DNA from: Phoronis australis
Lineage: Eukaryota; Animalia; Phoronida
NCBI GenBank assembly: GCA_002633005.1
Contig: NMRA01000047.1
Span: 769,326 to 833,325 of the forward strand
Direction of reading: 5' to 3'
DNA: 64,000 nt
The number at the start of each line of letters is the position of its first letter. The first letter of the stretch is position 1. The notes beneath the pieces are model-generated. The model worked only from the letters and a program-made list of their open reading frames with translations. It did no database searches and had not been told where the DNA came from. The position numbers and the translations under genes are program-made. This document shows, one piece after another, positions 54,001-64,000 of the stretch.

Positions 54001-57000
54001 GTATGAAAAGTCTCCTGATAAAGGTGTTGGGTGGCAATAGAATGTCGCATTCAACAGATCATGTCTTAATTAATTTAGTACATTAAGAGAACATGTTTTG
54101 TAAACCTTGCTTGTGTGCCTAATATGTATGTAACCTTGTTCTGAACTAGAAGGGTGCAACCTACTAGCTATGCAGTGTTTAATTGTTGGTTGTTCAAATA
54201 ACTCCAATCAGAGCACAGTTTTCTGTTTTCATTAATTTATTTTCGTTTTTTGTTTTAGTCCACCAATAGTTTTGGCTGTTTCACCTTCCACTGCTTTTTA
54301 TGTTGCTGTTTTCTGCGTGGCCTGCATCTTAATAGATTTGGCCTTGTGCTGGCCTTTTGTTGGTTCTGTAACAAATTGCTTTGATACATTGTAACCAAAA
54401 TTTTATTTTATGCGTGGTGGTTACTTTGGATTTGATGCAACACAATGAAATTTTCTTATCCTGATAGCAGTTGTTTTTGTTGACGTTTTACTGAATTGTT
54501 GCATTTTGTAATTTCATTGCGTTCTTAATTATATGGCTTTTGTTTTTGGTTAGTGATTCGTTTTAAGTAACCAAAAATGCCAACAATTTATGTAATTGTT
54601 GGGTTCATTCAATATGCACCATTATAATAATTATTTTTTCATTTTATTTAATGCCAATTCCATCACTTGAGATCTTCATGGCGTACACTGAAATTTTATT
54701 TGACTTTTTGAAAATAGAGATCTATAAATTTTCATTTGTGTGCCTCTTGAAATTGTCAAATTTCTAGAGCAACTTCTTTAGGCTGGAAAATGTTTTGCCT
54801 GGACTTTTAAAAGTGTTTATAATCACCCACGGAATATTTCTGAGTGTACTTGTATTGCCCTCTGGTGTCATATTTCTTTCTCTTCTGCCCGTTGTTGTAC
54901 TCTGTGAATATTTCACATTGGGCTTGGTTGCTTGGCTTACTTGCAGTAGAGATAAACACAACTGTCATCTTACAGCACATCAAAAATCGGGAAATTGCAT
55001 TTTTTCTTTTGTGAGACGAGTCATGACCATATTACAAGAAACTCTCCCGGGACTCGTCTAAAATGTTAGTTGCAAGCGAAGTCAGCTGTAGACAAATCAT
55101 TGACGTTTACAGTACAGTTGGCTTGGGACTTGATTGGAATATTGGAAGCGAGCAACTATTATAAACCAAGGTCTTTTAAAGCACTGTGTTTGAATGCCGT
55201 TTGCAACAGACGTTTTGCAGTCGAGCAGCCTTAGAACAGTCCCAACTCACATTTTCTTAGCGCCTTACAGGTCGAACATTACAAAATCGTCATTATTAGA
55301 TTTTGGCTTTGCTTATCCAATCTGAAACGCTTTTTTATATTTCTTCGGAAATTGCAAATAAAACTTTGACCCCCTATTCTTCCTGGTCAAGGATTAGACT
55401 CCCCCTCTCAGAATTTCCATGCAGCCATGCTCAGTCTAGTTGGTGTACAGTGTGTGTGTGTGTGTGTTTCAGTAGCCCTGTGTCACCCACCAGCAGTCCT
55501 GGAAAACGAACCGTTCTCGGTCGATTATTCACTAAACACGATGAATCTCACACACCTAGACGCAGCAGGTAAAAACAATTGGTAGTTCGGTGGTTGCAGC
55601 GTAGTTATGCAGTGTTTATTTTCCTTTGACCTTTTGGCGGGGCGGTTGATCTGAGTTTTATACTTTCAGCTTTTGTGATGGTTTTTATAAACATTTTTGT
55701 TGTTTTTAATATATTCATAAATTCAACCACACTCATTTTCAGTGGCTCTTTGTTCGTGCTTTGCCAGTAACTCAAGACTGCATGTTTTCTAGTGCATGAT
55801 TTTTCATTTCAGTTCCTTGAATTTTGCATGTTTTTAACATTTACTTTTATCTGGTTTTCAAGCACTGCAAGTAATCATGTCTTTTTCTGCCATTATTGAG
55901 TTAATGAATTGTACCAATCATTATCTATATGTTATTTTCTGTACCTTTTTCATTTTCACCAGATTGCAATCTGGTTTTGGTTTGATTACTCGTTTGTCAG
56001 CAAGAATTTCCCTCTGAATGTGTAATTTCATAGTGCATTTTACCTGGAACTTCTGTCAAAAACTAATTTAGCATGATATACTTGAGATGATCCTTGATAA
56101 CTTAAACACCTGTTTTAGTTCGCGGTCACCACAGATGCCCGTTGACGCTAGCCTCTCTCCCCCTCCACCAGGAGGCTACGTGTCGAGCTACAAAGAGTAT
56201 TTGGATGATGCCCGGGTCAAAATACGAGGCTGCGCTAGTCAGTGCGAGTGTTGGTCAGCTCTGTACAATGGAGAGGACAGTGCCAATGAGATGACACAGC
56301 CTCTCAGTCCCAGAGACATTAACAACACTAAAAATGGACCGGTGACAAAGTCATCTGTGACAACAATGGCGGATGTTCACACTAACAACGGAACAATAGA
56401 TATCAGTCGAATCAACTCTACAATGCATGATTCGAGTAAATCATTAAACATATCGCATGAAGACCAGAAAGGGAAATCTATTTTTGTAAGTGACCAAAAA
56501 GGAGATGTCTGTGAAAGTGATTCTAAAGGCTCTGTGAACTCAGTTTCTTCAGAGAGAATTGCAGCAAGATTTGACACACAGGATTTTAATGAGTTTTTGA
56601 ACACTCTGAAGCGCGTCAAAACTCCGGTGGACCTGTGCAAAGACGCGGAGGAAAGTTTTAGCGAAATGGATAAAATTTTAGATGACTTTGAGAGTGTAAG
56701 CTTTGTCACAGCTGTGAATGAGGACCTAGCTAAATTTACGCAAACAAATGGTGCTAAAGGCGAACTGATCAATCCTTCGCCACAATTGATTACCGACGTC
56801 AACACAAATAATTCGAACAACAACAACAACAGCATGGACATAAATGTGCAAAGTAGCAGCACAAATCGGTTCGTAAAAGAATCCAGTCCACTGCCTGAAG
56901 ACCTCGTAAAGTTCGATTCAAGCAAGAGTGCCCACGAGGCATTGAAAACTTTACCTGAACGGGAAGCTTCAGCGGTGCTGATGAATGACAAAGGGGCGGA

Positions 57001-60000
57001 GCCTCAGAAGGTGTTGTCCCTGACTATGACCCCTACTGCTGCTGCTGCTGCTGCTGCTACGTCGACTGTGAGTTCGGCATTCAGTGTGGTTCGTCCATTG
57101 TCTGGTACAGTCAGTTCTTTTGTGCCGACCAAGCACCAGTCTGGTACTCCAAATATAGGTATGTGGACACTTTAGCTTATTGAAGAGGACAGGGAAGTTA
57201 AGCTAGTATTACATTTTATCCCTTTGTTCATAGGGATTGCCTCACCCGTGATGAATTGGTGTATATTTAAAGAGTTCCCGCCATGCATTTTCTTAGTTTT
57301 TGAAGTTTCAGTTAGCTAATATGAAATGAATAGCATAAAATCTAACTAAATATGCACCTTTTATGCCAAATAGTTAAGTATTTTTTAATTTTGAAGAAAA
57401 ATTAGCTATTTCTAAGTTTCGTGCCAAATGATGCAATGGGTGGAAGACAGTTGGCCGCTTGAACGTCAACTGCAATGTCTGAACACAGCAGGTCAGAAGA
57501 CGAGGATGATTTTGAGCGAGAACTGGACAATTATTATGCAGACAGAGAGGAGAATGGATACGGGCATCACACTCGAGTACTTGAAGAATCAGACTATGCA
57601 CTTTAAAGGTGGCGAGTCCTTCATTGTAACGCAGGTTTTGTGTGTGGTTGAAACACGATTCTTTGAAATGTGCCGAACAAAGTGTGGCTCACGATTGAAT
57701 CTCATGTTCCATATTGACATCCCACACTGCGTGCCCCGCACAAACCGATGTCATTTCTGTGCAACTTTCACCTATTTAGGAAATTTGAACACAGAGACGT
57801 TCTCAGTCAAGTTGCTGTTATTACAACCTCCACAAACGCACCTTTTCATGTCTGAAAAAAGACGGCTCTATGCAGACTTCCCTCACAAATCCTCAGTATC
57901 GCGTTGGTAAAAATAACCGCGCAGACGGTCTTTCACCCATTGCGCACAAACGCGATAACAGAAAAATAAATTTTTTAATTTTTGGCTTGCTTCTTAGCAA
58001 CAGGTGTACTAAAGGCTATTGAATCTCTTAAGATGTATTAATAAAATTCCTTTTGAGACACAGGGTCATGGTGGGAACTCTTTAAAATATGCTTTGTAAA
58101 TATGATTACTTGTCTTGTTGATTGTCTCAAGGTTGTGTCACCCGCTTCCAAACAAATTTGGTCACACAATGTCAAAATATTTTACGAATCGCATTCGACT
58201 TTTTACACATGTGAGTGTCATCACACACACACGCATGCACGCACACAATCTGGAAATCAATTTGCCATGTTCATTGACCTAACCTTTGACCTCTGACCCG
58301 CAGGTCCGTTCCTGTCGGTTCTGCTCAACAAGTTGGAGAGCATGGTGCAGAACTCCCTGTATATCAACTTGCTGTTGACCGGCCTGTTGACTCGCCTCGC
58401 CTATTACCCCCAACCATTGCTACGCTCTTTCCTTCTCAACCACACTCTCGTGTTTCAACCCACGGTCAAGTCGCTGATACAGGTATGTATAATAATCAAT
58501 GGCTGACAGGTTAGGTATCGTCTTCTAAGCTACGGTCACCAGAAAGCATTATCACAAATTGCCTGTAATTCAAAAATCATCAGATAGAAATCCTTGTAAT
58601 AAGCATGATCAATCTGGCTGTTAGTGTATATTATGCAAATATTAAGTTATCTAATGTCATGTGGTCCTACATACTACATGTTATTTGAAGTCTCGGGTCA
58701 CGTTATCTGACCTTGCACTTCAAGGACTTATACTCTTGATTTTTCATACTAAGTACTTGTTCTTTCATAGTCAATGTACAGTCTTTGCTTTGTGAGAAAA
58801 TAGCTTCATAGATTCTTAGTTCATTTAAATTTTCCAGGAATTGCTTCATACTTATTTCTTTCGCTTTATGATTCAATTCTGATCGATTGCACAGATTCTT
58901 GGCTCAGTCAAACAGAAGGTAGATGCCCATGCTTTGACCGTGCCTAACTTTGACCAGTTACTGCTGAAGGCACGGCAGTATCTGGTGTGGCGTGAAAATG
59001 CTTACCTGGCTGAACTTGACGGCAGCACATGTAGTCGACCAGAAAGGTCCCCATCTCAGACAAGACCCAAGGCAGCAGTGTTGGAACCAGTGAAGGGTAA
59101 AGTTTAATTGGATGGCGGATCACTGATATTTAGCCTCATTTTCATGATGCGGCCATATGCAATTAATCATGGGATGGACTATAGCCCTACTGATCAAATT
59201 AAATTGCTTACAAAGTATTTTTGTTCTTTAAGAAATGGTTTTTGATTGATAGTTCCTAAGTGTAATGCTGGAGATTTGAAACACGTTAATTTTTTGGGTG
59301 TTGTAATATTTTTAAGTTGCCTAGTAGATTACAAGAGAAAATAAAGCCTGCCTCACATGTTGCCTTCAAGACCATGACAGAAACGATTGCTTTTCCGAGT
59401 GACAACTTACGTGCAAATTAAATCAGTTTTTGGCCACAATAAGATCAAATACCGGACGATTGCCGCACAAATAAAAAAATTCATGTTCAAGTATGGGTGT
59501 GTAATCAGGACCCAACAAAAGGTTAAAATTTGTGCAGACTGTTACTTACACAGACTAATGACTTATGCAGACTGGTGACTTATGCAGACTGGTGACTTAT
59601 GCAGACTGGTGACTTATGCAGACTGGTGACTTATGCAGACTGGTGACTTATGCAGACTGGTGACTTAAGGAGACTGGTGAGTTGTGCAGACTGATGAGCT
59701 ACGCGAGGTAATCTGTGCAGTATTCCTCAACCAGCGCTTGATTCGCGAGCTCAGATTGTGTTTGGCGACCTGGGAAAAGTGTCAAGTGGCCACTGCGAGT
59801 ATCAAAGTCGGACAATAAATCCCCTAAATTTGTTTCAAAGTTTGTGTTGACATCTAAGCTTCAAATTACTGACAGTTTTCCTAGATTCATTGCGTTACAT
59901 TCACAATTGTTCTGTTTATTTCGTGAAATCTGTGCTTTTGCCACCACAGCAGTCAGCACATTTCAAACACGCACTTAAATTACAACAAGTAAAGAGACGG

Positions 60001-61255
60001 AAGTCGAAATTGTTCTTCTAAAATCTGACAAGATTGGTGAAATACGTGCCACCAGAGTGTGTGATTGTCTGTGTTTTATGTCCGTTGGTTGGCGGGAGGT
60101 ATGAGTAAGATAATGAATGTACACATGCACAACATTTATAAAGAGATTTTGGAGAGGCACTGCGAATGGGGCACGTTTTGATCATATGGCCTTTTGGATT
60201 GTTTTATTTTTTGGTCAGACGAAATTTACGGCAGTTTGGCAACCTCAGATTTCATTTCGTGACCTTAGATTTCATTTGGTGACCTAGGATTTTTTCCAGG
60301 TAGTTTAAATGCGTTATTCACAGGTGTTTCTGTACTGTTTACTCTTTTCATGCATCTCATTTTGAAAACTTTCGGACTGTTTTAAAACTACGGACAATTC
60401 TCATAGCTTTCCATCAAATAACGATGACAAAGCATACAAAAATTTTCGTTTTCTCAGCGTTTTTGCAAACACAATGCAACATGTTTTAAAGCCACAGAAG
60501 ACTGGAGGTGTACATTATACTGACATGCAGCATTAAATGATCAGTTCAACCCGATGAGCATTGATAAGTTGTTTTTGGCTGCTCTTACATTACATGAGAG
60601 GGGTGTCTCATCATCTGTTCATTAGTGCCTCGAATCCAACCGCTTTTGCAGATCTTCCATTTAAAAACATTCCAACATTTGAAATAGACGCATACTGGTA
60701 TAAAAGTGCTGTCAGTCTTACCTTCCTGAGACAAGTCATTATTTCTGACTACTGAACTTGATATCTTGGAATCCATAGCTTGCCATTTTTTGCTCCGGAA
60801 ACAGTGGCTGATGGGTCATTTGGAAAAAGACTGATTTCTCACTTAAACATAGTTGCAGTGTGGAATTTTGTCATTATGAGTTGGAACTTCATGGCTTTTT
60901 TGATTTTTCGTAAATATTACGGAATTTTGTTAAATTGTTTTAATTAAGATTGCGATTGTAACCATCATTATTTTCTATTTCAGAGAAAAAGAAGCCAGGC
61001 TTCAGCAATTCCTTGTTTCGCCGTCTGCTTGACAAGAAAGACAAAAAGACCAAAGCTGAGTTGCAGCTAACGGCAACGGGCTACCGATTCATCAATGCTA
61101 AACAGCCTCCAACACAACTGACCAAAGTTGACTCGCTGCGGACAAAGAATGCCGTGTACTGCGCCTTGGTTTTAGAAGAATTTGTGAAAGAACTGGCTGC
61201 CATATCTCAAGAACATGCCGTGCTATGTCCCGACGAAGGATACCATAGTAACTAA
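44339..61255 (+). CDS. FHIP1: Whole gene span: FHF complex subunit HOOK-interacting protein 1 (FHIP1 / FAM160A family), 11 coding exons, 3210 nt, about 1069 aa
   Basis: Family motifs: DPEACLEVFVSHWQQ, FLIFSLLIPYVHRE..GQQARDALL, SDFCPVLATGLSGRYSTLP, FLNALEFCNAVIQ, GFLIPVMGPALHQ, YLIPCTHVM, NSLYINLLLTG...LAYYPQPLLRSFLLN, NAVYCALVLEEFVKELAAI. Phases are consistent across all junctions. Confidence 0.95.
45590..45748 (+). CDS. FHIP1: FHIP1 coding exon 2 (VLATGLSG...CNAVIQ)
   Basis: tttgcag|GTG...CAG|gtaggt; 159 nt. Confidence 0.95.
46937..47454. mobile_element. hAT-like MITE, long form, TIR CAGGGCTTGGAAT, 6-bp TSD
   Basis: Perfect TIR; flanks taattg/taattg; near-identical to 48749-49386. Confidence 0.92.
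47674..47760 (+). CDS. FHIP1: FHIP1 coding exon 3 (IADPVVSGQLIKYIYTGFLIPVMGPALHQ)
   Basis: tttccag|ATA...CAG|gtagga; 87 nt; not in the ORF track. Confidence 0.93.
48261..48428 (+). CDS. FHIP1: FHIP1 coding exon 4 (NSMEEVIAATAYL...RINSNSR)
   Basis: ttttgcag|AAC...AGG|gtactg; 168 nt. Confidence 0.93.
48749..49386. mobile_element. Second copy of the long-form MITE, containing assembly gap 49021-49241
   Basis: Perfect TIR; flanks ctacat/ctacat. Confidence 0.92.
49021..49241. other. Assembly gap (N run)
   Basis: Run of N; probably spans sequence homologous to about 47208-47320. Confidence 1.
49993..50072 (+). CDS. FHIP1: FHIP1 coding exon 5 (LCMVSLSLFHTLVDMNCEDVMYQIVF)
   Basis: tgttgcag|CTC...TTC AA|gtaggt; 80 nt, phase 0 to 2. 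Confidence 0.93.
50771..50978. repeat. 17-19-bp minisatellite (caggtctcaaccgggcacg), about 11 units
   Basis: Direct tandem units visible. Confidence 0.95.
51608..51788. repeat. 17-bp minisatellite (tgaaagtacatattttc), about 10 units
   Basis: Direct tandem units visible. Confidence 0.95.
52117..52511. mobile_element. hAT-type MITE with 8-bp TSD
   Basis: TIR caggcctttat.cag / ctg.ataaaggcctg; flanks ccgggtac/ctgggtac (7 of 8 match). Confidence 0.8.
52635..52817 (+). CDS. FHIP1: FHIP1 coding exon 6 (YLIPCTHVMVSQRRSVKDIDLYGKTAEKFLSLCP...)
   Basis: ttctgtag|G TAC...CCG AG|gtgagt; 183 nt. Confidence 0.93.
55473..55568 (+). CDS. FHIP1: FHIP1 coding exon 7 (SPVSPTSSPGKRTVLGRLFTKHDESHTPRRS), frame-neutral
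   Basis: (gt)n-ttcag|T AGC...AGC AG|gtaaaa; 96 nt, phase 2 to 2. Confidence 0.75.
56119..57158 (+). CDS. FHIP1: FHIP1 coding exon 8 (YKEYLDDARVKI...CECWSALYNGE plus a long low-complexity insert)
   Basis: tgttttag|T TCG...ATA G|gtatgt; 1040 nt open frame; contains (GCT)7 at 57038-57058. Confidence 0.92.
57271..58081 (-). mobile_element. Kolobok-like element with TTAA TSD, carrying a decayed THAP domain
   Basis: ttaa|agagttcccgccatg ... catggtgggaactct|ttaa (14 of 15 TIR match). Confidence 0.88.
57650..57849 (-). pseudogene. Degenerate THAP (C2CH) zinc-finger reading frame, transposase remnant
   Basis: MKRCVCGGCNNSNLTENVSVFKFPK*VKVAQK*HRFVRGT, then a frameshift, then WDVNMEHEIQS*ATLCSAHFKESCF. 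Confidence 0.8.
58304..58482 (+). CDS. FHIP1: FHIP1 coding exon 9 (GPFLSVLLNKLESMVQNSLYINLLLTG...VKSLIQ)
   Basis: cccgcag|GT CCG...CAG|gtatgt; 179 nt. Confidence 0.95.
58895..59096 (+). CDS. FHIP1: FHIP1 coding exon 10 (ILGSVKQKVD...LLKARQYLVWR...)
   Basis: tgcacag|ATT...AAG G|gtaaag; 202 nt. Confidence 0.92.
59535..59700. repeat. 17-bp minisatellite (cagactggtgacttatg), about 9-10 units
   Basis: Direct tandem units with a homogeneous core and degenerate edges. Confidence 0.93.
59733..60305 (-). mobile_element. Inverted, decayed copy of the 34660-35300 element
   Basis: cgagtatcaaagtcggacaata...tttgtgttgac matches the reverse complement of 35145-35203; the far end matches 34685-34730. Confidence 0.7.
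60984..61255 (+). CDS. FHIP1: FHIP1 last coding exon (...TKNAVYCALVLEEFVKELAAISQEH...*)
   Basis: ctatttcag|AG AAA...TAA at 61253-61255. Confidence 0.95.
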
Positions 61256-61305
61256 TGGGGTTGACAAGGTGTCAGGCAGGAGACGTTATATGGTGAATGC
61301 TTGTA

Positions 61306-61311
61306 AATAAA
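61306..61311 (+). terminator. Candidate proximal AATAAA for FHIP1
   Basis: aataaa 50 nt after the stop; the real 3' UTR may be longer. Confidence 0.3.
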
Positions 61312-62284
61312 GAGGAGTGTACAAATACTAGCTTGTTTGAGGAAATTAGTTGCTAGTCTTCAGCTTGGATCCATGGAACTGGTCGCTGAATTTTTTTTCT
61401 TTATTACATATCCAGATTTTAGCTTTTTTCAGATCTTTGTAGAGGAGTAAATTTGTGATCTTTTGTTTTATCATTTTTCGGATGCTCAAAGCTTGTTGAA
61501 TTAAAGGCCTGATTTTACTGAACGGCTTTCTTCGGCAGAATGCAAAATTTTAGGCTATACCCTGAAGTCAATTAAAAACTGGAGTCCAAGACAATCTGCG
61601 TTTCGTATAGATAAGCTTTGAATGTTTACCTCGATATATGCTAAGAAAAATGGCACCAATTGTTTCCTGCTACTACTGCCAATGTGAATGTTGAATCCGG
61701 TCCTATGCAAACTCCAAAGGTCACCACGAAAAACTAAACACATTGAATTGTTGTTGGATGCTCATGGTTTTTCGGACTTCTGATGGCTTCTTATCGGATT
61801 GTCAATGATTACGCATCCCTCAGCGGAATGTGGTAGGTTACTGAACCGCCATCTGAACTGGCAATATGTGGAAGGTGCCTTTAGTAGATGAAATATTGAC
61901 ATGAGGTCTTGTAAACATGGACTAGCGCTCAGAGCTCCTTCGAAATTCCAAGCTGAAGTGGTTTCCAAATACCTTGGTGTAACTTTCAGAATGTACAGAT
62001 CTTTTCTGATGTTGAAATTGTTATCTTTATAGTGTAAAAATGACTTGAGACTAATGAATGTAAGCTGTTCACAGACTAAACTTTTATAATGAACTCAGAA
62101 TGTGGGTTTGTGTGCGTGTGCGCAATTACAGAACTGGTTTTTATTGCCAGTGTATTTTATAATCTTTATAATGATCAAATGACTTCTGTGGTGTTTTTAG
62201 CTCGTCATACATTTATGATTATTATTTTACGAAGTGGTCATGTGTGACTGTCACCTGTTTGATTGACACACTGCTTTGTGATTC

Positions 62285-62506
62285 TAGGAAAGGGGTTGTA
62301 TTTCAGCTTGTGTCTATGTCAGACAGTAATAGGAAAGGGGTTGTATTTCAGCTTGTGTCTATGTCAGACAGTAATAGGAAAGGGGTTGTATTTCAGCTTG
62401 TGTCTATGTCAGACAGTAATAGGAAAGGGGTTGTATTTCAGCTTGTGTTTATGTCAGACAGTAATAGGAAATGGGTTGTATTTCAGCTTGTGTCTGTCAG
62501 ACAGTA
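62285..62506. repeat. 45-bp minisatellite, 5 units
   Basis: aggaaaggggttgtatttcagcttgtgtctatgtcagacagtaat repeated 5 times. Confidence 0.95.
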
Positions 62507-62557
62507 AGTGAGCCAGTAATTCAGTGTCAGTGGGTGTATGATTGGATTTTGAATGTG

Positions 62558-62950
62558 TAAGCGGAACTTGCATGCTAATTCCTTATCTCTGTGATTGCTT
62601 GCCCAAATCACTTAGAAGCACAACATGAAGCCACAATGTGAATATGAAGTAGGTTGAAAATTCCCAAATGTTTTTAAGAACATTAAGAACGAGTTTTGCT
62701 GCAAAAATGATCCACTGCAAGTATCGTGACATCGTGCTGGGTAATAACACTGTATGATGCGGGCTATGGGAGCCTGCGAGGTACGTTATTTGTGCAGAGG
62801 TCACCTATTTCCAGCATTTTTGTTTTCACGTTTACAAGTTGTCATTAAATACAACGGCACTTTGTTTATCGTAGATGATGTTCAAATAGCGTTGTTTTTT
62901 AGTTCCTGATATGCATTAGCATAGGTAGGAGCATGCAAGTACATCTTTAA
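62558..62950 (-). mobile_element. Kolobok-like MITE family A, copy 3 (inverted)
   Basis: Ends gcattagcataggtaggagcatgcaagtacatct-ttaa; imperfect TIR core acttgcatgct/agcatgcaagt. Confidence 0.8.
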
Positions 62951-63772
62951 GGGAATAGCTAAAAGGTCAGTTGATTTATTTTGTGGATGATCCCAAGTAA
63001 CACAGTCATTAAAATGAAAAATACTGGAAAAGTGCCACTTACATTAAGTTAGTGTGTGACACATATACTGGCAATAGTTGGAAATAACGCTGTCTTCACT
63101 ATATTCGAGTTGAAGACAGCAGTATGTGAATACATATAGTCTGTAACCCGAGAGGTGATGGTAGGAGCATGCACTGGCTGCTTCTTAGTTTTGTCTTGCA
63201 TTTTGTATAAATTGGTTTTTGTTCGTGGATAACTAGCATTTTTTATTAGAAGCAATAAGTGTAAGTTTATGTTGTTTTAAGCAAAAGTTGGCGAGCGAGA
63301 GATTTCTATTAGATCTGTCATTTGTTTTAGCTCTTATTTTGAGCATGTTGTGCACTACAGTATTATTGTTCGCTTTATTTTGGTTACAGCCTTTTATGTT
63401 AAGGAGTCCATATATAAATATAGGCATATCTATGTTTTTGCATATTAATGACACTTGGCAATGCTTCGAAAGCAATAACTGGAAGCGTATGTATCAAGTG
63501 TTGGAATGATTGAGAAATTTAACATGTTTTAACACCAAACTGCTCATTTTTTTAAACGAGAGAATGTCGTTGTGGTTTGAGTGATTGCAAAATCAATTTC
63601 TAATCTTGGCATTGGCTTAACTAACACTTTCTGGTCATCATCAATCATCTGGTGTCTGCTGCAGTGCAGAACTGGTGTTGTTTTTAAAAGACTCGATGAC
63701 GGAATTGACGTGACAATCTGTATTCGTTCGATATTTGAGCTGCAGTTCAACTTTGTAGAGGCCTGTACGCAC

Positions 63773-63841
63773 TTAGCGATTGGTTGGCAAAGTGTCCAGC
63801 AGTTGTTGTAACGCTTCTGTAGACACTTTGCGACTCGTGGC
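63773..63841 (-). CDS. Possible terminal exon of a convergent neighbouring gene (ATSRKVSTEALQQLLDTLPTNR*)
   Basis: Strong acceptor tttttgttttgacctccag followed by balanced-GC sequence; reading frame is uncertain because the upstream exon is outside the window. Confidence 0.35.
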   Translation of the reverse strand, partial: ATSRKVSTEALQQLLDTLPTNR

Positions 63842-63913
63842 CTGGAGGTCAAAACAAAAATGGTGTAAAGAAAGCGAGCAAAGACTTCCGGGGTTTTTAC
63901 CACAAATTTTAAT

Positions 63914-64000
63914 CATAGGCGGATCCAGAGAGTGTCAAGGGGGTCCGGACTCCCTTTTTCCCTTGAGTTTAGTATCAAATCTAGAATTTTCAAAATGTTG
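63914..64000 (+). mobile_element. Probable left end of a hAT-type MITE, truncated by the window edge
   Basis: cataggcggatccag...ggggtccggac.ccc resembles common hAT MITE termini; the other end is not visible. Confidence 0.35.

Noticed and set aside
56377-56991. 204-aa minus-strand ORF (also 44261-44596, 41463-41732, 5251-5505)
   Set aside because: Antisense shadows of real coding exons
57428-57910. 160-aa plus-strand ORF in an FHIP1 intron
   Set aside because: No recognisable motif; it is antisense to the THAP remnant inside a transposon
50771-62506. Tandem arrays as possible CRISPR arrays
   Set aside because: Units are contiguous with no unique spacers, there are no cas genes, and the DNA is eukaryotic

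Overview
AT-rich, intron-rich animal genomic DNA; it resembles an invertebrate deuterostome such as a hemichordate or echinoderm, but that is inference only. It is not prokaryotic and has no CRISPR array or operon. Two complete multi-exon genes lie head-to-head about 2.6 kb apart (ATG to ATG). The minus strand carries a POSH/SH3RF-family E3 ligase (RING plus 4 SH3 domains; 12 coding exons, 41716 down to 5265, about 702 aa, with a 19.8-kb first intron). The plus strand carries an FHIP1/FAM160A-family gene (11 coding exons, 44339-61255, about 1069 aa). All junctions were assembled by hand with GT-AG sites and consistent phases. A possible last exon of a third, convergent gene sits at the right edge. 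Introns and UTRs hold many non-autonomous DNA transposons: Kolobok-like TTAA elements (one with a decayed THAP domain), CAG-ended hAT-like elements with 5-, 6- and 8-bp target duplications, Tc1/pogo-like TA elements, and a 425-bp foldback palindrome. There are also several minisatellites, including a 33-bp array of CRE (TGACGTCA) motifs near the shared promoter. Two assembly gaps fall inside transposon copies. I did not find a convincingly new biological system; the findings are candidate oddities.
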